Assembly: GCA_951406725.2 (NCBI GenBank)
Contig: OX597829.1
Coordinates: 33,480,001-33,544,000, forward strand
Reading direction: 5' to 3'
DNA length: 64,000 nucleotides
From: Octopus vulgaris
Taxonomy: Eukaryota
Part shown: in pieces, positions 53,049 through 64,000 of the stretch
Layout: every line of letters starts with the position of its first letter
How positions within the stretch are numbered: the first letter of the stretch is position 1
The notes under the pieces: model-generated
The model's input: only the letters and a program-made list of their open reading frames with translations
The model's database searches: none
Told to the model about the DNA's origin: nothing
Made by a program: the position numbers and the translations under genes

Positions 53049-54640
53049 TGCTGAAGTGATGGTGGGTGGTCCTCCCCTCGGTGATCTGGTGGGGCAGAAT
53101 CTATGAGGTCATGGTCATCTAAATAGTCATACAGTGACAATTTAGGTGACCATGCCCTCAGTAGATTCTGCCTACCAGGTCACAGAGGGGAACACCACCC
53201 GACATCTTTTCAGCAGTGAAGAAAAGCACCACAGAGCTCTGGAGTGGTTGGACTGCACCCACCCAAAACCCTGAGAACAACAATCAGGTGAGGGAAATGA
53301 TTGCATATGCAATAGGGGCCAGCGTAAAAACCACCTTGAAAAACCACATAGTAAAGTTTAACATAAAACTATACATGCAGGTTCAAGGTGCAGCCATCAG
53401 TGTAGATATAGCTGCAGATGTGGCTGGCCTCTTCATGACCTTGTGGGACAGAAAACTTAAGCAAATGTTAGCAGAACAGTCCACAACTCTTCTACTCTAC
53501 AGTAGATATGTAGATGACATTAATATAATAGGATCAACTCTAGTAATGGTAGTGTAGAAACTGAGAGGAACGTAATGGAGAGCATCCAGCATGTAGCTAA
53601 CTCCATCCACCAAAGTATCAAGGTAACTATAGATTACCCCACTAAGCATGCCAACAATAGACTCCCCGTACCTGATACTGAACTTTGGTTAGAGATTGTG
53701 AACAGCAGAGTACAGCTCCTCCACTCCTATTACATGAAACCCATAGCTTCAAAATATGTTGTTCACAAGAACTCAGTTTTGTCACACAACATGAAAATTA
53801 ACATACTAATAGCAGACTTGGTTAGAATAATGAACAATGTGTCCCCACTATGCGAACCCTATGAAATGAAGAAACATATACAGAACTTCATACACCGCAT
53901 GCAGTTCTCTGGATATGATCAGAAAGATAGGGTTTGAGTATACAAGGGAGCTAGAAAGAAATTAGACAACATTATACGTAATGATATCAGTGGTACCAGC
54001 CCTAGATATAGAAACAAAGAATGGAATAGGATACAAGGAACTTGTGACAAAGCAAACAGGGCGAACATGAGGTATAAAACCAACAAATATCAAGGAGTGA
54101 TGTTTGTAGAGGCCACAGCCCATGGAGAACTAGCCCGTAGATTTAGAAAAGCTCTGAAGGAGACCAAACTCAACATTAAGATTGTTGAAAAACCAGAGAA
54201 CTCCGTCAGATAACAACTATGTACCCTTTTGAGAATACCATATGCACCAATGATAACTGCATGGCATGTGGGATTAGCCCTGGCATTAACTGTAGAACTC
54301 GAAATGTAGTTTACAGCATAAGATGCATAGAAGGTGCTTGTAAAGATATGAACATGACATACATAAGGGAGACATCTAGGAGCATTGCAGAACAACTAAA
54401 TGAACATTTGAGACAATATGACGACAAAAAAACAGTTCTCCATACTCTACCAACATGCCAAGGACCAGCATGGAGGTAGCCTGGGTGAACTTGACATCTG
54501 CATCTTATCCAAGCCCCCAAAGGACCCAGCACTCAGACAAATACAGGAGTATGTCCTCATAAATGAAACTTCCCTAATACTAAATAGGAAATATACATAG
54601 TAGATATCATACCCCCATACCCACAGTTTACACAGGTAGA
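53049..54640 (+). mobile_element. Degenerate PLE (RT + GIY-YIG; Neptune-like) with a fold-back hairpin at its 5' junction
   Basis: LYMQVQGAAI, YSRYVDDINII, LHSYYMKP, CTNDNCMAC...NVVYSIRC...YIRETSRSIAEQLNEH. Inverted repeat at 53049-53214. Confidence 0.85.
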
Positions 54641-54713
54641 GTAGAATAGTTAGTGGGCTGTTATGTAGATAGATGTATGTATGTATGTATGTGTGTGTGT
54701 GTGTGAATGTATA

Positions 54714-54759
<46 letters not shown>

Positions 54760-55139
54760 TGTATGTATGTGTGTGTGTGTGTGGGTGTATGAATATATAT
54801 ATGTATATGCACATGTATGTAAGCATATGGATATGAAAGTAAACAGATCAACATACAGATGGATAGGTACATAGGTTATATGAACAAACAAGTACACATA
54901 TGCAAATGCAGACTGAAACACATGACCATATATATACACACACACTTTACTTCACACAAGGACACATATGGAGACATGTGTCCACTATATGGAGATGCAC
55001 ATCCATACATACAAACACGGTAAATAGTTGCAAAACACACATACACACACTCAGACATGCACACAGGAGAAAGAGGTACACACACACATATACAAACACA
55101 CACACACACACACATACTCTCCACTCCAATTATGAAGAA

Positions 55140-55930
55140 AAGAGAGGATGAAACTGATAAACTGTCCACAGTCTGTCTACCCTATGTGAAAGGCCTCTCC
55201 GAAAAGATACAAAAGATATGCAGCCCATATGACATCAGGACAGTATTCGAAAGTAGTACAACACTTTGCAAATATCTCCTTCGAGTAAAACCACCAATAG
55301 AAGAGAATATGATTAAGAACTGCATGTACTCCATCCCATGCATTTGTGGTAGGTTATACAAAGGCGAAACATGCCGCCCCCTCAAAATAAGGGTAGAGGA
55401 ACATCGCAAAGCTATGACATGGGGAGATGTTGATAAATTGGGTATAGCTGACCATGTATGGAAAACTGGAGACCACCTCCCCCTGTGGGATGAAGTTAAA
55501 ATAATAGACAGAGAACACCACTGGAAAATATGAAAAATAAAAGAAGCAGCACATATACTAGGACACAACAACCTCCTAAGCAAACCAAGTGCAGATATGA
55601 ACAGCATATGGGAACCGGTATTAAGGAAGGATCGGAGAGTATTAGATTTATAAGTCCAAAAATTCACTCCATAATTGCTTATAGGCATATGGCATAGTAG
55701 TTAAGAACATGGACTATTAACCCCAAGATTCCAAGTTCGATTCCAGGCAGTGACCAGAATAATAATAATTATATTAATAACAACAACAACATCAAAAAAT
55801 ACCATAGGAATGAGAACCCAGGTTCAAATTTTTCCCAAGACACCTGATGAAGGCTGGAGAGTATATCAGCTGAAATGTTGTGTTAACAACAAAGAAGATG
55901 AGGACAAATATCCATCAATTGTAAATAAAG
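55140..55930 (+). mobile_element. PLE 3' fragment (Penelope/Poseidon-like GIY-YIG) followed by a tRNA-like segment and HHR
   Basis: LPYVKGLSEKIQKI...MYSIPCICGRLYKGETCRPLKIRVEEH...IADHVW; A/B-box-like motifs at 55690-55744; HHR at 55839-55884. Confidence 0.8.
55839..55884 (+). ncRNA. Minimal hammerhead ribozyme motif downstream of a GIY-YIG fragment
   Basis: gacac-ctgatga-aggctg gagagtatat cagct-gaaa-tgtt-gtgtt. The two copies imply a consensus GAAACGUU with a self-complementary helix III. Confidence 0.65.
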
Positions 55931-55934
55931 TCTT

Positions 55935-58260
55935 TTGAGGTTGAAAAATGTTCTCACTGTTCTACATCTTACATAAACTCCTTCAGTACAATCTTTGAAG
56001 GATATTTGAAAGACTATTGTAAAATACAGTGCAAACAAGGTAGGAGCAGGAATATCATTTTGTTTTACACCATTTTCTACAGAGATTGGATCTGACAAGG
56101 TACCTCCAACATTAACTCTCACCTTTATCACGTCATGAAATTGTCTAAGCATTCTCATAAATTTTTCAGGGTAGCCCAGCTTTTTCAGGATTTCTGGAAG
56201 TGCAACTCTATTTACAAAATCAAATGCTTTTGTCAGGTCAATAAAAACTTGATATAACTCTATATCCTGTTCAATATACGTATCTTGAAACTGTCTAGCT
56301 GAAAATACCAAATCCAGAGTACTCCTACCACCACTAAACCCACACTATGATTCTGGTTGAACCTCACTAGCATTGTACAGAAGCAATCTATTCAGCATTA
56401 CTCTACAAAGGATTTTGCCAGCCACAACAATTATTGCAGACATCCTTTCCACTTTTTGATTTATAGAGTACCTCCAAAATTGTATAACACCAATCCCAAG
56501 GAACCACTTCACTATACCAAACCCTCTGAATCACATCTGTCGACATTGTACAGAGATGTTTACCACCATAATTGTATATCTCTGCACCTAATCCATCCAT
56601 ACCTGGGGCCTTTCCATTGTTCAATTTCCTGATAGCCACTCCTATTTCAGCCAGATTCAGAACCTCTACTAAATGATGTTTTGTTGGCCTTTCAGGTATA
56701 TTATCAAGAACAAAGAGATCAACTTCAGTGGGTCTATTGAGCAACACATCAAAATGCTCTTTCCATTTCCTAACAATATCTCTAGGATTTGTTAGTAATT
56801 CTGTGCCAACCTTGCTATAAAGTGAAGTAACCATTGATGAAGTTGGATCAAAAACTTTTTCAAGATAGATTTAAAAAGTCTTAAATTGTTAGCATTTGAA
56901 GTTTCTTGAATTTCATTGCATCTATCATTCCACCAATTCTCCTGCATCATCATCATCTTCCTCTGCACTATTGCTTTTACTGCCTCAAAATGTATAGCTG
57001 CTGTCCTGTTCATTGAAAAGTCAGCATTTAGCAACATGCAACATATTGAATGCCTTTTGCTTTTCCTCTAAGATAAGAGCAATTTTTTCATCATTATCGT
57101 CAAACCAATCCTGATGCTTTTTCACACAAAACCAAGAATGTTACTACAAATCTCGTAGACTCTCTCTTTGAACGAATTCCAACTTCCATTACAGGACAAA
57201 TTATTTATCTCACTCACAAAATCGCTGTGTACTGATAGTATCTTAAGTTTATTGACATTGATCTATTTAGGTAACTTGACATTGTTTGCTCTAACCTTAG
57301 ACTTGACAACAAAATTTACCTTAGCATGTAAAAGCCTATGGTCCTTCCAGCACTCTGCACCACACATAACTAGAAAAGTCCCTGATATCATGTTTCCTAG
57401 TGGGGATATAATTTATAAGGTGCCATTTCTTAGATCGAGGATGCATCCATGTTGCTTTATTTTTTTTATTTATTTTTTTTCTAGTTTCAGCTCAGAGCTG
57501 TGGCCATGCTGATGCACCGCCATTATATTTATTTTTTAGTTGAAACATTGTGTTCATCTCACACAGATCCACCTCTGCACACATCTGTAATAGCAATAAA
57601 CCGTTACTGTTGAAACTCCCACCCCCCATGCTTTCCTAAAACACCCCAAGTTTACCAATCTGCACCAATGCAAGCATTAAAATCACCTAAAATGACAACT
57701 TTGTCATTAGGATACTGCAAATAATCTCTGTAAGTGACGGATAGAAGATAAGTTTATCATCTTAGGACAAATTCACAGTTGGAGCATATGCACTTATAAA
57801 TGTTGCATGGTGACCATTTCTTAATGGAACTGTTAAAGGCATCAAACAATCAGAATGACCATATGACAGTTCTTCAAGTTTCGAAACCAGAGTGGTTTTA
57901 ATTGCAAATCTTACTCCTGATTCTCTCTTACCAATCTCATCCCGACCACTCCAAAATAAATGATATCCAGCAGATTTCTCTGCAAAATTTCCTTTTCCAT
58001 GAATTCTTGTCTTGGCTAATGCTACAACATCCATACCATATCACTGTAACTCTTTTGCAACAAGTGAAGATCTTCTCTTTGGATGAGATTTCAACAGTGC
58101 ATTGTCTAATAAGGTCTGAACCTTCCAACAGCCAATATTCATAGGCTTACACCTTAACCTGAATTTATTCACAGTTGCAGGATGATGACCAGACCTAGGC
58201 TGTGGTGCCCTGGGACACCTACAAGGCCAGACCACAAAACAAAGTGTTTCAGAGCCCTTC
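55935..58260 (-). mobile_element. RTE/BovB-like LINE 5' part (APE endonuclease + RT start)
   Basis: DVVALAKTRI...LFWSG...SGVRFAIK...FISAYAPT; WKEHFDVLLN; GKAPGMDG; FIDLTKAFDFVNR; GVKQNDIPAPTLF. Confidence 0.85.
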
Positions 58261-58662
58261 TTGCCATTTACATCAGTACCAATATTGACTTTGATTGTTT
58301 GATTGTGCCTTTTTTAGGTCTTGGCCAGTAATGTACATGCAAGGTGTTCATTTCCTTTTCCTTTCAAGTGATACCTGTGCTTGATGCTTTTTAAAGTGAG
58401 GCAAAATTTTGCACAGAACTGATCCCACTCTCTAAACTATAAAACATGATCCAAAAAGAAGAGCAAATTGACCTCACTTGGTTTTGTATCAGGCTCCATC
58501 TACCCCTTACATGGCTTTGTTAAACACAGAAACTCCATCTATCCCTTACATACATACATACGTACGAACATACATACATACGTACATATATACATACATA
58601 CATACATACATACATACATACATACAAACATATGTACGTACATACATACATGCATACATACA

Positions 58663-58693
<31 letters not shown>

Positions 58694-58764
58694 GTACATA
58701 CATACATATGTACACACATATTATATATGTATATGTAAAATAGTAAAGTATATTGTTTTATTGT

Positions 58765-59140
58765 ATTATTCTTTTACTCGTTCCAGTGCCGGAGCACTAC
58801 CTTAAAGGGTTTAGTCAAAGAAATTGACCCCAGGACTTATTCCTTGTAACCTGAGTACTTAGTCTATCAGTCTCTTTTGCCAACCTGCTAAGTTACAAGG
58901 ATGTAAACACTTCAACATCAGTTGTCAAGCGATTGTGGGAGGACAAGCACAGACATAGACACACACACACACACATGATGGGCATCTTTCAGCTTCCATC
59001 TACCAAATCCACTCACAAGGCTTTGGTCAGTCTGAGGCTATAGTAGAAGACACTTGCCCCAGGTGCCATGCAGTGGGACTGAACCCAGAACCATGTGGTT
59101 GGGAAGCAAGCTTCTTAGCACACAGCCACATCTGTACCTA
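58765..59140 (-). mobile_element. Full-length copy of the same SINE family
   Basis: ccactcacaaggctttggtc...tagtagaagacacttgccccaggtgccatgcagtgggactgaaccc...cacacagccac. Confidence 0.85.
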
Positions 59141-59251
59141 TCTATATAAATAAATGTGTCTGATAATGATATTCATGGTAAACATCCCTTGGACTTTTAT
59201 TTTTTATTTGAGTTTGTCATTTGTTATCTATATATGTATGTGTGTGTGTAA

Positions 59252-59302
<51 letters not shown>

Positions 59303-60875
59303 TTTTTTTTCGCAATGAGATAAAAAACGAAGGCTGTGTAGATTTTAGAAAACTTATAGATTAGGTCTTACAGCTGTTTTCAGGATATTTATTCATTGGA
59401 GATGGTGTGAGAGGGTGGTTAAGTAATAGTTTATTTAGATAAGATACAAAATAGAGAGTGAGGTGGAGGAATGAAAATAGATGTGAGATATGTAGGGATA
59501 TTGTATTTGTAGATCCATTATTTAGGCAGAATGGTATACATATAAGATTATTACATCTCGTTCAGAGATTTATTATTGATTCCAATTCCTTTTGAGTAAA
59601 ATCCAAAATTGGTCATTCCAAGTACAGTGTTTACACAGTGTTATTGAATCAAGGGTTTTATTTAAAGTGACCTAAAAGTAGGGAATGTTCAAAGCAAAAA
59701 CAGTAAGAGAGGAATAAGGGGAGAGAAAAAAGAAGAGAAAAAAAAGAGAAGTAAGGAGAAAAATAAAATAATAAAAAAAGAAAAAAACAAGAAGAGAGGA
59801 ATAAAGGAAAGAAAGAAAAAAGAAAAACAAAGATATAGATAAGGGAAAGTGTACCAGTTAGTGGTCAGTGGAGATAATTTGAAAGTAGGAGTGGGGAGAT
59901 AAGGGTGAAAGAGAGAGAAAGGTATTAGAATGTAAAAAGATAGAGGGAATGAGGGGGGGGGGCTGATAAATGGTAAATGTGTAGTGATAGAGTCTAAGTC
60001 ATGGGGCAGAGAGAGGGTTAGTAGTAAGGAATGAAGAATTTGGGAATTTAGATGGTTTGGCAGGTCAGTGCTTAGTAGTAGAAGAAAATATATATGTGAA
60101 AATGTAAACATATGTATATATTAGACTTGTATATATATTTATACAGATGTTTATACATATCAAAATCTACATATACAACTCTTACTCGTATGTATATGCA
60201 CATATACGTTCGTCTGCATGTATTATTGCCCCTGTATACACAGGTATATACCTTGCATACATACATACATTCACACATACACAAAATCTGTTACTCAGAG
60301 ATTCAAATTCCTGTAACTCTGAGTAACAGTTTTTGTAATATTTTTGCTGCTTTTTAATATATTCGAGTATTATTTTTTTCCACCTTGTTTCGCATTTATG
60401 TGCTTACTCTTAAATACTATTGGATTTTACTTATAAGGTATTGGAATCTTATATGTATACCATTCTGCCTAAATAATGGATCTACAAATACAATATCCCT
60501 ACATATCTCACATCTATTTTATGTACACTAACTAGTATACTTTCCCTTATCTATATCTTTGTTTTTCTTTTTTCTTTCTTTCCTTTATTCCTCCCTTCCT
60601 GTTTTTTCTTTTTTTATTATTTTATTATTTTTGTCCTTACTTTCTTCTCTTTCTTTTCTCTTTTTTTTTCTTTTATTTTTTCCCTCTCCTTATCCCTCTC
60701 TTCCTGTTTTTGATTTGACCCTACAAATACATTCCCTACTTTTATGTGCATGCCGAAATTGCAAAGATGATCCGGTTCTTGACTGAAGATTGAAGGCTTC
60801 GAATGTCCTGTCCGTGTTTTTTGTATCGTCTTCTAAATGTTTTGCGTTCCTGTCCCAGTTTGTATTTTTTTACAT

Positions 60876-60928
<53 letters not shown>

Positions 60929-60929
<1 letters not shown>

Positions 60930-61154
60930 TTTATTTAAAGCAGCAGAAAATTCAACAAAACCTGTTACTCTGAGTTTCCCATTGCCGTTCATCGGACAGT
61001 TTTTACTAGCAAAAACTGTCCGATGAACGGCAACGGAAACTCAGAGTAACAGGTTTTGTTGAATTTTCTGCTGCTTTAAATAAAGCATATTACTCTACCA
61101 CTGGTATTTGAGTACTCTTTTTACCTCCTTGTTTCACATTTATGTGTTTACTCC

Positions 61155-61156
<2 letters not shown>
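60929..61156. mobile_element. Miniature fold-back element between (TA)n tracts: 157-bp palindrome with a variant HHR in each arm plus a short 3' tail
   Basis: 60929-61004 is the reverse complement of 61011-61085 with few differences. The right arm reads ctgt-ccgatga-acggcaacg-gaaa-ctcagag-ta-acag (61016-61052). Confidence 0.8.
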
Positions 61157-61232
<76 letters not shown>

Positions 61233-61249
61233 TTGAACTGAATTGAATT

Positions 61250-64000
61250 AAACTGGTTTCAACTCATGAGCTGTGGTCATGCTGGAGCACCACCATTTGG
61301 TGTTGCTTCATAACTTTTTCTTCACTAATTCATTTTGGAACCTGACATTTGGTGCATGCGGGAGTTTGATGCCACTGCCCTCATTTGCATTTCCTGCTGT
61401 GAAGTTGGTTCATCTGGGACACTTGACAGTAAGAGATCTAGTTTCATTTTGAAGACACCTACATCCACCCCATGCAGATCCCTCAGGTTCTTCATAGCCC
61501 AGGCTGTTGCAACATCTTGTCTGATATTTTGAAGGCAAAGTTGGAATCTTTGGCACTGTGTAGTGGCACCCTGTTATAGCATTAGTATAACTCTCAATGA
61601 CAAAGTTTGGGAAAGTCCCTCCAGGATCATCCAGATGTATATTAGGGCATACTTTTCCCACTTTCACTCTAGGGAATAGAGTCTCAATCTCTTGAGTCTT
61701 TCCCAAAAGCTTATATACCACATAGAGGCTGTCTTCATGTAGCTTTGTTGGATTGCCTCAAGTTCTGTAATTAATTTGACACTGGGAGCAATAGTTAAAG
61801 TGGCTTAGGACAAATGTCCTCTAGAGGACCATCATGGTTTCCTGATTTCTCGATTTAAAAGTTCTAAGAATTCATTCAGTCAGCCATCTGCATTTCATTT
61901 CCAACTTAGCAACAAGTACATGGAAGGATGAATCATTACTCATGTAAATGCCCAGGTCTCACACTGAGTCTCTGGGATTGCAATCCCTCCAGGTCCAATG
62001 TATTTTATTGGTATTGCAGTTAGTTTTGCATGTTGACAGCATAGGGCTTGAAACTTTTCAGTATTAAACTGCATATTCTTCTTCTTGGCCCACATGTATG
62101 TTTCATCTAACTCATGTTGCAGGTGCAGAACTTCAGGGTTCTGTATCACTTGTGGGAGTTATGTATCATCTGCATAACTTGTGATCATGGCTCTCTGTAG
62201 GGCATATCTGAGAGGGCCATTATAAACAGTAGTGGTCCCAAAACAGTGCTTTGTGGAACACTGCTCAATATTTGCATATCAGTAGAGGTAGCCTTATTGG
62301 CTACTACTGCTTGACTTCTATTGTTCAGAAAGTCATGCAGCCATTCTCCCACTTTCCTGACTATGCTGAGATCATGTAGTTTGTGACCTATCATTCCATG
62401 ATCGAAAGCCTTTGCAAAGTTGAGATATATCACATCCACATTTGAGTGGTTGAGGAGCTTTTTCAACACCCAATCATAGTGTTGTAAGAGCTGAGTTAGG
62501 CAGCTTCTTCCTGGCTGGAAACCATGTTGGGTGTCAGTCAGCAAGTCATTTTCCTCAAGGAAGCTGATTGGTTTTCTTCTAACTATTCATTCCATGACTT
62601 TGCTGATGTGCGAGATCAGAGAGATAGGTTTGTAGTTTTTGACCTCTACTCTGCTACCTCCTTCATGAATGGGGCATATTTTACCTTTCTTCAGCTTGCT
62701 TGGAAGTTTGCCAGTTGCAAGGAAACTCTGGAAGAGAGACTTCAGTAGTCTTGCTAGGACTCGCTTACATGCTTTTAGAAGGATTGCTGGGAATTCATCA
62801 GGGCCAGTAGCTGAGTTCGGGTTCATCTCATCTATAACCCTTATTACATCATCTTCTTTTATATTGATATAATCAATCATCCCTGCCTCTGTTTTTATAT
62901 CTGCAGTGGTAAAAAAAAGTCAGGTGGATTGCTGACTTGCAAATGTCCTAGGGGTAGAGGGAAAGCACTTTTGAAGTGCTCATTTAATATTTCACATATC
63001 CTGTGAGTGAACCATCTTTTCGAGGAGTGGCCCTACCCTGCAGTGCACTGAGGCTGTTTCTTTGGCAAACTTGTAGAAGGCTCTGGGGTTAGATTTTATA
63101 CTGTCTATAGTCCAGGCTACTTTTCCATCTCTTTCTTTTTCGTGGGAGAGTTGCAGATTTTTTTCAATCTCCAGCAGTTGTATTTTCAGGTGGGATTTTT
63201 CACTGCTTTCAATTTTTTTTTACTTTTGTTTAGGCAATTTGAAATTTTTGTATGCTGTCTTAGAAGAACTTCCCTCTCCCTGGGGATTTTGTTCTTGTGA
63301 ACAGTGGCCTTCCTCTCTGGGACATATTTGTAGCATGTGGCTTGCATTACAGACATGAATTGTTGAAGTTTCATGTCAATGTCCTCTGAGGAGAAACATT
63401 TAGTCCAGTTTTGTTTGAGGATCTCTTTCTCAATTTGTTTTCAGTTTGCCTTATGGAAGTTCAAACTGGAAAGATTTTGAGAGTTTCTTGTAGGTTGCCA
63501 TCTATGGTTTTCTTTGGTCTGTACATGGTTAGTTCTACCAAGTTGTGAACCAAGAGTAGCATTGGTGTCACTTTCACATTATAGATGAGATCCATATTAT
63601 TTGTGAGGCAGAGATCCAGTATGTTCCCTCCCCTGGTTGGTTGGAGTACTATTTGTTCCATGTACAAAGGAGGACTACACCTGTTCTTGTCCGCAACATG
63701 CTATTCATGGGAGAGAAAGGCCCTCAGGCCATCCAACATTGGCTAGATTGATGTCTCTCATAAGAAGTACACTTATGTGTTGTTCTAATGTAACTAGAAC
63801 TTCTTCTACTTTTGTAAGGCAGTCTTCAAACTTGTCCACATGATTCGGAGCTTCTGGAGGGTAATATGTAGTACATATAACTACATCAAGTTGTCTTATA
63901 TGTACAATTAATGTGTCACATACTGAATTTGAGTATGACAAGAGGACCCAGGGTGTGAGGTCTTCGCAGATGTACATAGCAATTCCACCATGAATCCTTT
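61250..64000 (-). mobile_element. CR1/L2-group LINE (APE + RT), running off the window
   Basis: YYPP, PTRGGNILDLCLTN, SATGPDEFPA, NYKPISLISHISKVME, QHGFQPGRSCLTQLL, IYLNFAKAFD, VPQSTVLGPLLF, YADDT. Confidence 0.9.

Noticed and set aside
55684-55755. Functional tRNA gene (also SINE heads at 5386 and 31102)
   Set aside because: A/B boxes are present but I could not form a proper acceptor stem or cloverleaf; treated as tRNA-derived repeat heads.

Overview
AT-rich, microsatellite- and retroelement-dense animal genomic DNA, most likely a cephalopod (Octopus-like SINE/LINE repertoire; the species is inferred, not shown). It holds one convincing host gene on the + strand. Five coding exons (7628-9270, 22306-22482, 30201-30458, 33177-33427, 37982-38718) join through GT-AG junctions with matching phases 2/2/2/1 into a 1021-aa protein. 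The protein has a signal peptide, a ~415-aa Asn/Ser-rich region full of dibasic sites, a serine beta-lactamase/penicillin-binding-protein-like domain (SVTK, YNN, HSG) and a hydrophobic C-terminus (gigasin-6-like). Most of the rest is repeats: five Penelope-like element (PLE) pieces, R4/Dong-like RLE LINEs, RTE, CR1-like and Tx1-like LINE fragments, tRNA-derived SINEs and long (TA)n/(CA)n/(ATT)n tracts. The most notable unannotated signal is a set of hammerhead-ribozyme (HHR) motifs read by eye. They occur as an inverted pair flanking a young near-intact PLE in intron 2, as a 157-bp palindrome with a variant HHR on each strand, downstream of a tRNA-like Pol III head, and as decayed copies next to other long inverted repeats. 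All folds and alignments were done by hand; repeat boundaries are approximate.
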